A DNA stretch of 63,856 nt, counting the filler, from Octopus bimaculoides (Eukaryota): NCBI RefSeq assembly GCF_001194135.2. It is 8 parts of 8 records of this genome, joined end to end, with 100 filler letters (N's around TTAATTAATTAA, not from the genome) between each part and the next. Parts side by side here need not be neighbours in the genome. Positions count along the whole stretch, not along the records: positions 37,973 to 43,868 come from NC_068989.1; positions 43,969 to 55,727 come from NC_068998.1; 6 more parts are not named here. One strand, given 5' to 3'. Shown one piece after another: positions 37,873 through 51,884 of this stretch (the first letter of the stretch is position 1; each line of letters begins with the position of its first letter). Below the pieces are notes generated by a model. The model made no database searches, was not told where the DNA came from, and was given only the letters and a program-made list of their open reading frames with translations. The position numbers and the translations under genes are program-made.

Positions 37873-38339
37873 NNNNNNNNNNNNNNNNNNNNNNNNNNNN
37901 NNNNNNNNNNNNNNNNTTAATTAATTAANNNNNNNNNNNNNNNNNNNNNNNNNNNNNNNNNNNNNNNNNNNNATAAAAGTTAAAAGTAGGAAATAAAGAT
38001 TGATATATATAATATATATATATATGTATATATATATATATGTGTGTGTTTGTGTGTCTGTATTTGTCCCTCTAGCATTGCTTGACAACCGACACTGGTG
38101 TGTTTATGTCCCCGTCACTTAGCGGTTCGGCAAAAGAGACTGATAGAATAAGTACTAGGCTCACAAAGAATATGTCCCAGGGTCGATTTGCTCGACTAAA
38201 GGTGGTGCTCCAGCATGGCTACAGTCTAATGTCTGAAACAAGTAAAAGAGTAAAAAGAGAGAGTATGGAAGGGAAGGTTGCTAAGTATTTCATCTGGTGT
38301 GCTAACGATTCTGCCAGCTTGCTTCCTTAACGATAATAA

Positions 38340-38715
38340 CGATAATACTTCTGTGTCACTTTGATGCCATGCGCTGCTCTCTCACTCAAAATGGTGCAGT
38401 CAGTGGCACTCATGGCTTCTAGTCTTAACTGATTGGAAGTGTTATCATATACATTGTTTTGTCTTGGTATAAAAGATGAGCTACAACAAATATTCTGCTT
38501 AATACCACAGATTTGCTTGTCAGTTGTTTGACCTTAACCAGTTGAGCATGTCCCTTGGTGGCTGATGATATGTGCATCTCTGATCATGAGCAGAAATAGC
38601 CGGGGAGCATCATAGTCATGTGTTGAGAGGAATTCTTTGGGGTTTGGATAATTCATCTCTGGAAACATGGGTGTTTCATTCAACATCCTTAAGCAATCCT
38701 TATTCAGGAATAATT
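38340..38715 (+). mobile_element. Repeat family D: a 3' end directly followed by a new 5' part
   Basis: gtgtcactttgatgccatgcgctgctctctcactc followed by sequence matching 9060-9350. Confidence 0.65.
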
Positions 38716-38818
38716 TAATTTCATTTAAAAACATTTTAGGTTGTATTATTGTTTGTAGTGCTGGATGTTTCTCAATGTCTGATTGTAAGTTGAATAAAGA
38801 ATTAAATCTTTCCCATGT

Positions 38819-38872
<54 letters not shown>

Positions 38873-39384
38873 TAAGCCGTATCACACATCACATCATATG
38901 AGAGTCGTTATTGGTTCAATGTTGTGATTTTGGACGGCATCTGTGAATTAGTAAGTAAAGCAGTTACTGTGATATATATATTGGCTAACAGGTTAATATC
39001 CAACAAACAATTATTCCAACCGTTTGTTGGAAATTGGATGATGACATGTGAGGTCTCGGAAAATCTGGTAAATGCCGATGTTTTTCTATGGCGCTCTTTA
39101 TTTTCTTTCTCTCTTCTTCTTTTGTCTGTATGTCGAACAAAAGACATCTGACTCTGTTTCAATTAGATAAAATTTCTTCTGAATCATATCAGCAGCTTTT
39201 ATTTGCCATCAAAATAACTACGTTAGCGGTGGAGTGGGGTGAGGCGAGGTTGGGTAATGACAGCTGGTTGTGAAGGTGGTGCATCAGTGTTCCGCTGCTG
39301 TTCTTTCTACATTCATATATTGTTGTTGATGATATTGTTGTGGTTGCTTAACCCCCCAGGTCAATCCTAAACGATCATACCTAC

Positions 39385-39589
39385 AGGTGCAGGCATGGCT
39401 GGCTGTGCAGTAAGAACTTTGCTTCTTGACCACGTGGTTCTGGGTTCAGTCCCACTGCATGGTACCTTGAGTAAGTGTCTTCTGTGAAAACCTTGGGCTG
39501 ACAAAAGCCTTGTGAGTGGATTTGGTAGATGGAAACTGAAAGAAGCACATCATGTGTATCTATCTATCTGTCTGTCCATCCGTCCATCC

Positions 39590-39624
<35 letters not shown>

Positions 39625-39830
39625 ATATTTCTATGTGTGTATGTGCATCTTTGTGTCTGTGTTTGTCCCCATCAGTGCTGGAAATCAGTGTTAGTGTGTT
39701 TATGTCCCTGTAACTTAAATTCTTGGCAAAAGAGACCAAAAGACTAGGTACCAAGCTTAAAAAAAAAGAAAATATTAGAATCATTTGTTTTCAACTAAAA
39801 ATTTGTCAAGGTAGTGCCCCAGTATGCCCA
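39385..39830 (+). mobile_element. SINE family B (tRNA-like head, CORE-like CCTTGGGCAAGT block, internal TA/TG microsatellite)
   Basis: Matches 46385-46921, 55875-56240, 62219-62370 and 42555-42720. Confidence 0.75.
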
Positions 39831-39899
39831 GAATCGAATGGTCATGAGACAAGGGGGTTCAGGCTTAAAGATTTTTAGCTTATCTTATTAATACAGTTA

Positions 39900-40092
39900 G
39901 CTCCTGTGCTGGTGGCATGTAAAAAGCACCCACTACACTCATGGAGTGGTTGGCGTTTGGAAGGGCATCCAGCTGTAGAAACATTGCCAGATCAGATTGG
40001 AGCCTGGTGCGGCCACTGGCTTTCCAGACCTCAGTCAAACCATCCAGCCCATGCCAGCATGGAAAACGGACGTTAAATGATGATGATGATGA
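39900..40092 (+). mobile_element. Repeat family C ending cccatgccagcatggaaaacggacgttaaa(tga)n
   Basis: Same 3' end at 40515-40640, 41500-41640, 47400-47540 and about 47950-48060; (TGA)n tail typical of a retroposed 3' end. Confidence 0.7.
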
Positions 40093-40604
40093 ATAATCGG
40101 TGAACTTAAGGTAATCTGGCAGAATCGTTAGGTTTGTTGAGCAAAATGCTTAGTCTCATTTTGTCTGCCTTTATGTTCAGGGTTCAAATTCTGCCAAGGT
40201 CGACTTTGCCTTTTGTCCTTTCTGGGTCAATAAAATAAGTACCAGTTATGTACTGGGGTCAATGTAATTAACTTACCCCCTATCTTGAAATTACTGGTCT
40301 TTTGCCAGAATATGAAATGACTGATTGGTGAAATTGGTTTTCTGTGTAAATACCTAATTGAGAATCTGAATAAGTTGGTGTTTGCTGTAAAAGAAATCAC
40401 CCACCTAACAAGCACGTTATAAAAACAATCAGTAAGAGGAACAGTAAAATTATGCAAGATTTTCTCAAGTTCAAAATGTGAATTCACTTTTTTTGCTATA
40501 TACATCTTTATAGATTGGAGCCTGGTGTTGCCATTGGGTTTCACCAGTCCTCAGTCAAATCGTCCAACCCATGCTAGCATGGAAGGCGGACGTTAAACGA
40601 TGAC

Positions 40605-40640
<36 letters not shown>

Positions 40641-41654
40641 ATCATTGTTAGAAACCAGGTCCTTCTTCACGAAAATATTTCAAATAATTAGAAATAGAAG
40701 AAAATGGATGAATGGATACAAACATACATATTTACAAACACACCAACATATATACATAAATACAGACAGACAGACATAGAGAAATATTACCTTGGCTGGA
40801 AGCAGGTGAAGGCTAGCAACAGGAAGTGCATCCAACCACTGAAAATTTGCTTTAACAGATTCCATCTGAGCCATGCAAGCATGAAGAAATATCAGACTTG
40901 ATAATGATGATAATGATGATGATGGTTTTAAGCAATGCTTGACCAACTCTAATAATCAACCAACCATTATGAAATACTAATACAGATCTACTAATACCAA
41001 CAGAGCTACTAATAATAATAATAATAGTAATAGATATGTCAATACATACAGAGATTGACTTAATTATAAGACCACAACATCTCACTTAATTAGAACCGCT
41101 TTAAACTTTTCAGTCGCTAAGACAGAACAGTATTTATGTGTTGTATGTTGATTTTCTTTCATTTATTATTTTTTGTTTTTACTGGTTTCAGTTATTGCTC
41201 TATGGCCAAGCTGGAGTATTGCATTCTAAGATATATATAGTTAATAAATTACCCGTTCCCCAACATATATCTTATAAACTGGTACATAGTCTTTTCTACT
41301 CTAGGCACAATGCACAAAATGTTTGGGGAGGGGGCCAGTCAATTAGATCGACCCCAGTATGCAACTGGTACTTAATTTATTGACCCTGAAAGGATGAAAG
41401 GCTAAGCTGTAAATGAGCATCATTGTTATGTAAGTGGTGCCCTTTGTTTTCAATTTTCCATGAAAACATATATGTTCATGGGGAAATACTACCTTTCTTG
41501 AAATCAGTCGAGGATTGGTGACAGGAAGAGTATCTGGCCGTAGGGAATTCATCCACCTTAACAAATTTCATCCAGCACATGGGACCATGGAAAAATGGAT
41601 GTCAAAACGATGATGACGATGACAATGATGATGATAATGATGAGCATTGATTTG

Positions 41655-42130
41655 GCCATCCTTCCATCCATCCATTCGTCCGTCTGTCCGTCCATTCATC
41701 CATCCGTCCATCCATCCGTCCGTCCTTCCATCTGTCCATCCATCCATCCATCCATACCCCCTCCATCTGTCCATCTATCCATCCATCCATCCATTCCTCT
41801 GTCCAACCGTCCGGCCATCCAACCATCCATCCATCCATCCATCCATCCATCCATCTATCCGTCCGTCTGTCCGTCCGTCCGTCCGTCCGTCCATCTGTCC
41901 ATCCATCCATCCATCCATACCCCCTCCATCTGTCCATCCATCCATCGTTCTGTCCATCCATCCATCGTTCTGTCCACCTATCCATCCATCCATCCATTCC
42001 TCTGTCCGTCCGTCCGTCCGTCCGTCCGTCCGTCCATCAGTCCATCCAACCATCCATCCATCCATCCATTCCTCTGTCCGTCCGTCCGTCCGTCCATCCA
42101 CCCATCCCTCCATCCTTCCACCCACCCCCA
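41655..42130. repeat. Compound (CCAT)n/(CCGT)n tetranucleotide array
   Basis: Directly visible; source of the PSIH/MDGW pseudo-ORFs. Confidence 0.95.
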
Positions 42131-42728
42131 TACAGTTTTTGTTTGTTTTTTCCAATTCTTCAGCCGTTTCTCTTTCCTTCTTCTTCTTCTTCTTCTTCTT
42201 CTTCTTCTTCTTCTTGTCAGCTCTCTTACGTCTGTGTTATAATTCCATTAAGCTTCAATTGTTCTGTCTGAATAATTCTACTGACATTAGAAGACGTTGC
42301 GATGTGCAGCAATTTATTCCAATTTTCACGGTGGATGGACTCCGAAACACCCACAAGAGATTAAGTTTATCCAAAAGAGGTCAAGCTGTAATTAGGTGGT
42401 GGTGGTGGTGATAATGGTGGTGGGAGTACTACTTGAAGACAGTGTGTTCACATTACTTACAGTCATAAAAAACTGACAGAATGGAGCCTCGTTCTTCGAG
42501 TGACACTTGCACAAATATGAGCTTGAACTCGGCACCACATGTTAAAGAAACATTTGACATGGCCGTGTGGTTAGGAAGCTCATTTTGCAACCATGAGGTT
42601 TCAGGTTCAGTCCCACTATGCAGCACCTTGAGCAAGTAACTTTTGCTATAAAGTACTGGAGTGGCAATTACCTTGAGAGTGAATTTGGTAGATGGAAACT
42701 GTGAGGAAGCTAATCATGCATATATGTG

Positions 42729-42763
<35 letters not shown>

Positions 42764-43639
42764 CTTTCTGTTTGTGTTTGTCACGCATCACTTGCTTCTC
42801 AACTCCAGAACTTATAAATATCCTATCAGTCTCTTTTGCTGAACAGCTAAGTTAAGAAGACATAAACAAACCAACACCAGTTGTCAGGCAGTAGGAGGTC
42901 ACACACACACACATACACACACGATATTCTTCTTTCAGTTTCCATCTACCAAATCCACTCATAAGGTTTTGGTTAAACCTGGGGCCATTCTAGAAGACAC
43001 TTGACCAAGGTGTTACATCATGGGATTGAACCCAAAATCATACTGCTACAAATTTAGCTTCTTAACCACACAGCCTCTATGGATTTCATTCAAATTTCAT
43101 TCAGTTTTCATTCCTTATTCACCCATTTAACCCTCGCTAAATGTAAAAGGAGACTGAATTTTTAATTATTTATCATTAATCTCGTTTATTTATCATTCAT
43201 TAAAAACCTTGTTTATTTAAATATTTATATTAATTTATTTATAAAGACCGTTGTTTATGGAAGAACCATTTCATTTTACACCTTATTTATATCATTTTTA
43301 TTCCTCTCTGTTTTTTTTTTTCTATATTTCACTGGATGATCAGCATCAGTCCTCTGTGGAATGGCTTTATGGCCAGATCAATACCATTTGTCTTTTTTCT
43401 GGTCTTTTTTTTTGGTCTTTTTTTTCCTCTGCTTCTTCTTTTTCTCTTTCTGGCCTGGAAACTAAATCCATTGATCTGCACCTGCAATGCCTCTCAGAAA
43501 CGAACGAGACAAAGCTATAACTGGTTCCCATTGTTTCTCCTCCTCGGTCATCTATTGATTGTTAGAGTTGTGTGATTGGTGGCCGGTTTGGCGTTGGTCT
43601 TCCTCAGAGCTGGGGCTATTTGCGTTGATGCTATTTGTG

Positions 43640-43650
43640 CTATGCTGGTA

Positions 43651-43682
<32 letters not shown>

Positions 43683-43868
43683 GGGGATGGCTGTAGTAGC
43701 GGTGGTAGTGATGGTGGTGGTGGTGGCAGTGCTGTTGTTGGTGGTGGTAGTGATGGTGATGGTGGTAGTGGTGGTGGTGGTAGTGATGTTGGTGGTGGTG
43801 GCAGTGGTAGTGATGGTGATGGTGGTGGTGGTGGTGGTGGTAGTGATGTTGGTGGTGGTGGCAGTGGT
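43640..43868. repeat. (GGT/AGT)n trinucleotide array with higher-order repeats
   Basis: Directly visible; source of poly-V/GS pseudo-ORFs. Confidence 0.9.
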
Positions 43869-44979
43869 NNNNNNNNNNNNNNNNNNNNNNNNNNNNNNNN
43901 NNNNNNNNNNNNTTAATTAATTAANNNNNNNNNNNNNNNNNNNNNNNNNNNNNNNNNNNNNNNNNNNNATATATATTTGTCCAGAATCACACCGGACGTG
44001 GAGGAGGAGAGAAAATAGTAATTCAGTGAAGGAAAAGTAGTGAGAGTAATAGCCCTGACTGAGAGGGAGTGAGAGAAAATAATAGCAATGAGAGAAAGGA
44101 AGGGGTGAAAACAATCAGTGTTTCAACTCTGTGTGAGTATATGTGTGTATGTGTGTGCATGTACAAGGGAATTATGTGAATGTTTGTGTGATTATTATGT
44201 ACCTTATTTTGAACCTTATTTATATGTAAAATACTACAATTAACCGTCATTATTGATGGCACGTGGTCTGCTAGTATACATATAAACGAGACTCTAATAG
44301 AGATCTTTGATTATACACGCCTTCAAGTTTGGTCTGGAAATATTTCCTATAGTGAAACTACAGCCCATAATAGTGTAACTTGTAAATTCAAGTTGGTGGT
44401 GTTTTCTTTGTTATAACTTGTTTCATGATAAAACATTGTTTTTTTAAAGTCAATCTTTTGAGCTATTTCAAAATAAAGATTCTGGTTTAAATTCAGCAAT
44501 ATAACAATTGTATGTGACTAAGAATTCCATCACTGACAGCAGATACAATGTGGGCTTGTACTAAATTTTGATCGCTGCTTCTGAGAATGCAAAGAAAGTA
44601 GAGACACCACAAGGTTTTGTGGTAGAACAAGTTAAAAAAAAAAACTGGAAAATGTAAAAAGCTTTTTGAATATAAGATTCAAGAAAAGTAGAAGCACCAC
44701 AAGATTCACCACAAGTAGCAATTCAAAGTACGAGCTTTCTGTTATATATGCTGTAAGCTATAAACTCTCTTAAAGGGAAATTTCAACAGCAATAGTATAA
44801 TGTGTGTGTGTTTATAATGTAGGTAGGCATAAGCAAGAAGTTCAAAACAGTGTTCATTGCCAGTGCATGAGAGTTGTTTACAATAATTGTAGCTGCCCTT
44901 TAAATCAAGTTAATCAAATTTCATGTTCTCAGTCTGATGATTAGAAATGTGAATTTCAGTTTTGTCGCCCCAGCTGCAA

Positions 44980-44994
<15 letters not shown>

Positions 44995-45019
<25 letters not shown>

Positions 45020-45290
45020 TTGCAGATTGTCTTCCAGGGATGTTCTTCCACTTTTGAAGCACCTGTGCCACTTGACACATTGCATATGACCCATTGCCTT
45101 GTCGTCATAAGCTTGCTGAAACATACTCAGTGTCTCTGTAGCAGACTTCCCAAGTTTAACACAAAATTTCATGTTGGCTCTTTGTTCCAGCTTCTTGTCC
45201 ATGACAAAAACTGCAAACTACATCATACACGTGATCAGAAAAACATACATTTCATAACTTGTGAAGCAAACACAGTGATGTTACTCAGCA
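44995..45290 (-). mobile_element. Mariner transposase N-terminal (HTH) fragment with upstream leader
   Basis: MDKKLEQRANMKFCVKLGKSATETLSMFQQAYDD...KWHRCFKSGRTSLED; broken by (TA)n. Confidence 0.85.
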
Positions 45291-45424
45291 CACTGCCTCA
45301 CGAAGGTCACTTCTATCTCTTACTGCATGTACAACCATGTACTGCCTCTGTTGGTGTGCTACAGAACTAGTCCAAGAACTTTTTGGTACCACCTCAAATA
45401 TATATATATATGTGTATGTGTTAT

Positions 45425-45771
45425 GTTACGTGTATGTGGGTCTCACAGGGAGAAATTTTAAAGCAAGATTTAACAATCACATCTTAAGCTTCAGACACTG
45501 GAATAAACAAAAGACTACCAAATTATCCAGTTATATATGGTTCTTAAAAGAACAAGGTGTCAACTACAGGATTTACTGGAAGATCTTAGCCAAGTGTAAC
45601 ACTTGTACCAATGGTGGTGGCAAGTGTGATCTTTGTAACATGGAAAAACGGCTCATCTGGAAAAGTTCCTTAGACCCCGCTACATGTTTAAATTCAAGAA
45701 CCGAACTCTTTGGGTCATGTTCACATGTCAATAAAAAAACCTATTGTGGTTTTGGGCCCCAAGATGATGGC
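45425..45771 (+). mobile_element. Penelope-like element GIY-YIG endonuclease C-terminal fragment
   Basis: YVGLTGRNFKARFNNH..SF...TKLSSYIWFLKEQ...YWKILAKC...KCDLCNMEK...LNSRTEL...CSH, the layout of PLE endonucleases. Confidence 0.8.
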
Positions 45772-46384
45772 TAGAGTCCACATTTCTACTATGTTCCTGT
45801 ACAAACTTTCCCATACCTTTTAACTCCCATTAATTTTTAATTTTTTAATTTTTGTTTTTTTTATATATATTTTATATATTTTTATATATATTTGTCCTTT
45901 TTATATATGTGTGTGCATATGTATATATATTATATGTATGTATATATATGTGTGTATATGTGTGTGTGTATATGTATGAGTAAATACTGATCGGACACAG
46001 ACAGTGTGTTGTTAGCCAGCTGGAGGCAATGTCTTCCTGGGGCTATAAACAACAGTAGCATCGTCCCATATGGGTCAGCTACATTTAGGTGGCAAATATA
46101 CTTCACGATGTCGTGCTGCTACTCTTTACAGCTCACTCAGAGATTTATTATTACTATATATATATAATTCAATAAACACAATATATTTTTTTGTGTGCTA
46201 GTATTAGTTTCATGTGCTGAGAGCATATGAGACGGTAGTTTTTAACATGTCTGGTGTTAGAGAAATAATCGTAGCACATAAAAACATATATTGTGTTTAT
46301 AAAATAACATTTATCTCTCACCAGACGAAGAACTCTTTTGTTGATTTTACCATCATGGAACAGTACACTATATATATATTTATA

Positions 46385-46553
46385 GGTGCAGGCATGGGTG
46401 TGTGGTAAGAAGCTGGCTTCCCACCCATACGGTTCTGGGTTCAGTCCCACTGCATGGCACCTTGGGGAAGTGTCTTCTGCTATAGCCTCAAGCTGACCAA
46501 AGCCTTGTGAGTCGATTTGGTAGACGGAAACTGAAAGAAGCTTGTCATATTTG

Positions 46554-46585
<32 letters not shown>

Positions 46586-46701
46586 TGTATGTATGTATAT
46601 GTATATGTATATATACATACACACATATATATATATCTGTACGTATGTATATATATATATATATATATATACATACATATATATACATGTATGTACGTAT
46701 A

Positions 46702-46734
<33 letters not shown>

Positions 46735-46921
46735 ATATTTTGTTCCCCCACAATCACTTGACAACCAATGTTGGTGGGTTTACGTCCCTGTAATCTAGTG
46801 ATTTGGCAAAAGAGACCAATAGAATAAGTACTAGACTTACAAAGAAGTCCTGGGGTCAGTTTGTTTGACCAAAGGTAGTGCTCCAGCATGACCACAGTCA
46901 AATGATTGAGACAAGTAAAAG
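46385..46921 (+). mobile_element. SINE family B copy with expanded internal (TATG/TA)n
   Basis: Head ggtgcaggcatgggtgtgtggtaag...gggttcagtcccac; about 190-bp internal microsatellite; conserved 3' half to caagtaaaag. Confidence 0.8.
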
Positions 46922-47018
46922 AATATATATATATATATATACATATANNNNNNNNNNNNNNNNNNNNNNNNNNNNNNNNNNNNNNNNNNNNNNNNNNNNN
47001 NNNNNNNNNNNNNNNNNN

Positions 47019-47049
<31 letters not shown>

Positions 47050-48389
47050 AACGATGAAAATGAGTACACCACACTGCATTGGTGGATATAAATTCTTTAT
47101 TTGTGAATTAAGGGTACCATTGGTTTCATGTTAAGAAAAGTAGGAAAATATCCTAGTGTCTTAACAATTTTTCAGGCCGATCACATGGAGAAAAGTGTTC
47201 ACCTCCATTTTGGAAAACCCAGCCTCGTTTAGTTTGTGGAGATTCTCGTGAATTCATGTGAATGAAACAATGAATCAAGGGATGTTATTCCTGGGTGGCA
47301 TCTCTTGAATGTTTGTCTTCCTTGGATTTATTTTTTGAGCAAATTGTTGTGTGGTCAATTTGTTTGCATTATTTTGTTTTTGTTCTGAGTGTAAAGTGGT
47401 TGGCATTAGGAAGGGCAGCCAGCCATAGAAGCCATGCCAAAACAGGCAAATAAAATCTGGGCAGCTCTCCGGCTATCCAGCTCCTATCAAACTGTCTAAC
47501 TCATGCCAGTATGGAAAACAGATGTTAAATGATGATGATGACGTTTGTATATCTGTGTGTATGCATATTTGGTGTACCTAGACACTTTATTTCACGTTGC
47601 TCCAGTTCACTCAGCTGTAGAAATAAGTTGCAATGTCACTGGTGCCAAGCTATATCGGCCTTTGCCTTTCCCTTGGATAACATCAGTGGTAGGGAGAGGG
47701 GAGGCTGATATGTATGAGCGACTGCTGGTCTTCCATAAACAACCTTGCCTGGACTTGTACCTCGGAGGGGAACTTTCTAGGTGAAAACCCATGGTCATCC
47801 AGGACTGAAGGGGGTCATTACCATGTCTTTACACCATATAAGGATGCAAATGAGTATCACCATCATGCAAGTGATGTCGTTCACTTCCAGTCTTCCATGA
47901 AAAATATGTCTTGTCATGGGGATGATGTATCACCTTGTTTGGAAACAGATAAAGGTTAGTGACAGGAAGGGCACCTGGCCATATAAAAAAAATCTTGCCT
48001 CAATGAATTCTCTCTGACCCACTCAAGCATGTAAAAGTGGATGTTAAATAATGATGATGAGGAGGAGGATTACGAAGGGCAGGGTTAGGATTTTTGTTGT
48101 TTTTCTTTTGTTGTTTCTTCTTCCTTTTCTTTCTCCATCTGTCTGTAAGGAGAATATTGTGGTTAAAATGATGGGTTGGTCACACCAAGTAACCTTAAAA
48201 AAAAAAATGTAAACCAAAAGGTTTTAATGTTATGTTGCCCTTGGCAGAGGATGCATTTTACTGAATGTCCTTTAGTTCAAAGTGATTTGTGTGCCAAAAT
48301 GTTTTCTTTTGTATTGAAGAAAGATAATTAAAGATTGATGTGCTATTCTTGCAATTTAAAATAAATTTAGTAGTTTCAAGTTAAGTGCT

Positions 48390-48408
48390 CTTCACATACA
48401 TACATACA

Positions 48409-48440
<32 letters not shown>

Positions 48441-48617
48441 CATACATACACACATGCATACATATATATACATATAATTTTTGAAGTATCTATGAGAATG
48501 TTTTCTATTTTTTGTAATGTAAATTATAGATAGATACAGACACACATATATAATGTACACACACACATAATATATACATACATATATATATATACACATA
48601 TATGTACATATATGTGA

Positions 48618-48670
<53 letters not shown>

Positions 48671-48833
48671 TATATATGTATATATATGTATATGTATACA
48701 TATATATACATATGTATATATATGTATACATATATATGCATATGTGTATATATGTATACATATATATACATATGTATATATATATGTATGCATATCTACA
48801 TATGTACATATGTATATATATATGTATGTGTGA

Positions 48834-48866
<33 letters not shown>

Positions 48867-48910
48867 TATAAGCATACATATACATGCACATACACACACA
48901 TACACATATT
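48390..48910. repeat. Compound (TACA)n/(TA)n/(TG)n microsatellite field
   Basis: Directly visible. Confidence 0.95.
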
Positions 48911-49619
48911 CATAAGAAAAATATCTTTGTTCAGCCATATTTTTGTAATAAAATAATTCTTTGCTTTTTGTTACAAACTAATTGAAAAGTAACATTCTAC
49001 ATTTTTTTTTATGCTAGGAGAAATTTCTTTTTTTAATTATTTCCTCTTTATATATTTCACTTCATATTAATCCATATATAATTTCTAAAGATATCAGTTT
49101 GCTTTTTGTTTGCTAAATTTTTGGCATACGTCTCAATTTTTTGAAATTAAACTTATAAAAATCTTGTCTTAATTAATTGTTTCTCTTGTATTTTTGTTCT
49201 CTAATTTGTATAAAGTGTTTATTTTAATATTTATATTTAAAAGAAATAAACGTTTTAATATCTATATGTGGAACACGAATGCCTATCTGCCTCTCTCCAT
49301 ATGTGTATCTACTTTTCAATTACTAAAATACAACAAAATATATGCATAAAGAATAGGTGAGAAAGGAAAACTAATTTTCTAGACGAGTGTCAAATAAGCA
49401 GGAATCTGACAAAAATGCATGAGAACATTAAAAGTAAATAAAAATTATTAAAATAATTATAATTGGATCTGATATAGACAGAGGTATGGATAAGGGTGGT
49501 TAGGAAAGTCATGCCAAAAGAGACACTGGAGCTTGATGCTGCCCTTCTATTTATAAGATCCTGTTGAAGCATCCAACCATGACAAGCATGGAAGATAGGC
49601 ATTAAATGGTGATAGTAAT

Positions 49620-49650
<31 letters not shown>

Positions 49651-51884
49651 AAAATTGCAAGGAAATAAGTGGAAAAGTATGATAAAACACATAATAATTG
49701 AAATTAGATACATTTAAAAGGAAACAAAGCAGGAACGATTACTGGCTAGATTGAGTTTGGGAATACCATAATCCTATTCATTTAACCACATCTCAAACTG
49801 TGTGCAAGTGCAACCAAATGCACCAGCAAGCATTTTTGAGATATTTGGTATCAAAATATTCAAATACCTTCAGGGTAAGCTTTTTCATGTTTATTGTAAT
49901 TCCTTATTCATAGTTTTACTATGTTGTCTTCTTCATGTGGTTTATATTCTGAACCTAACTGTATTTGTATCATAAGTTCTTCAGAATGTCTGTAACATAA
50001 CAGAAGCATCATTATATCTATTAGCTATTTGTTTGATTTTCAAAGAATATTGAATCTTAGTTTTCCTTATTTCTCCTGAGGTGGGGTATCATCATTTTGA
50101 AGAACTTGTTCCTCCTCACCCAGTTTTTGCTATTTTATGTTGAGCCTTTTTTCTTTGAGATATTTTCCTCATTTCTCTTTCATGTCTTCACCAATCTTTT
50201 GTAGATTCTCATCTGTAATTATTATTTCTTCCTTATTGTGCTATGGTGGTGTAGTGCTGTTGAGGAAGAGGTGGTTGCTTATCTATTTCTAATAAAGGGA
50301 TTTCATCAGCTATTCCTGGAATTTTGGCTGCTGGTGCTCTGAAAAGTGGAGTCTATTGTTCTTTTTTTCTGTAGCAATTGATCTTCATTATTTTCCTTTT
50401 TCTTTCTTTTCTTTTTATCTTTTTGTTTAATCTTTCTTTTTATTCTGGGCATTTGGCTCTGAGGTGAGATTAACTATAACAAATGTAGCAGCAATGCTTT
50501 CTTTCTTGCATCATTAATCATATGTTTTTTTGTCTCAGAGCTTTCTACTGGGTGCAGTTCTAGTATAGCTCTGTGATCTTCAGGGGTCATTTAAACTTGC
50601 ATATCTTTCATTTTGATTTACCCTATTCAAGTGTTACTTTTTGTAATCCCTGATTTGGTCACTTTTCCATAATGTTGTACAGAAGTGATAGTTAGCCATG
50701 GATCTACATCGTTTCTTTGATACACAAATATATAGACAGAGGTATGTATGACAATGGAAGCCTATATTTTGGTTTGAGTCTTCGGTTTTGAATATACAGC
50801 AAATTGCTGTTATAAATTTAGCCTTTTTCAATTGAGAGAATTTGCACTTGATATATCCTGAATGGCTTGTACTACTTGACATGAAGGAAAAATTTAGTCC
50901 ATTTCCATCCTTTCACAAGTAGTGACATATAATTTTTCTCTTTGTTATTTCCTGGATTATCTTCCATAGCAAAGAAATGCTGTTTGCTTATACAAAATTC
51001 TCTCACCTACATTTTTTTTTGTCTTGTATATATAATAGATCTAAAATTTTCACTTGTTCAGTTTGTATTAAGGAAAGGTTCAACCTTAACACAATGACAG
51101 TATGAATGGACCACAGTTATTGATTTCATGTAATCATAGTTACTGATGTTGTTATTACTAGTGTTGCTATCTTTAAAATTTACTTATTTGAGTATTTGGA
51201 ACATTTTCTTCCATTTATTTCTCACTTTAATGTTCATTTTCGCTTTCCTATTGAACATTTAGTTGTGTGTTTTAGTTTTGTGGGATTTTTTTTGTTTGTG
51301 TTGTTTTCTGTTCATGTAATATAAGTATATTTGGTAGTTATTTTAGATGCAAAAATGTAATGTGTGTGAATAAAATCTTAAATGTTTGTAAAACAAAATT
51401 TTTTCACTAGTCTAATTTCAGGTATTAAAGGCACACCTTCAATAAGTAATTATAGGTCTTTATTACAAGTACTCTAAAGAAAATTTCATTTGAAACAAAC
51501 AGTGTCTCACGGATAGAAAAAATTGATGTATTCACATAATGAGAATCAAATATAATAATAAAAATAATAACAACAACAGCAACAACAACAACAACAACAA
51601 CAATAATAATAATAATTATCATTTCTACTATAGACATAAGGCCTGAAATTTTTGGGGAGGGGACTAGTTGATTACATCGACGCCAGTGTTTCACTGGTAC
51701 TTAATTCATTGACCCCGAAAGGATGAAAGGCAAAGTTGTTCTTGGCGGAATTTGAACTCAGAATGTGATGATGGACAAAATACCATTAAACATTTTGCTC
51801 GGCATGCTAACAATTCTCCCGGCTCACTGCCTTTTTCACCTGGCGTGCTAATGATTCTCCCAATAATAATGAGAATTTGCAAAA

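Noticed and set aside
41595-42411. Long ORFs (215-254 aa) of PSIH/PSVR or MDGW repeats
   Set aside because: Translations of a (CCAT)/(CCGT) microsatellite lacking stops; no domain content.
43576-43920. Poly-Val and Gly/Ser-rich ORFs resembling membrane or structural proteins (also 60962-62110)
   Set aside because: Trinucleotide repeat translations with no splice or homology support.
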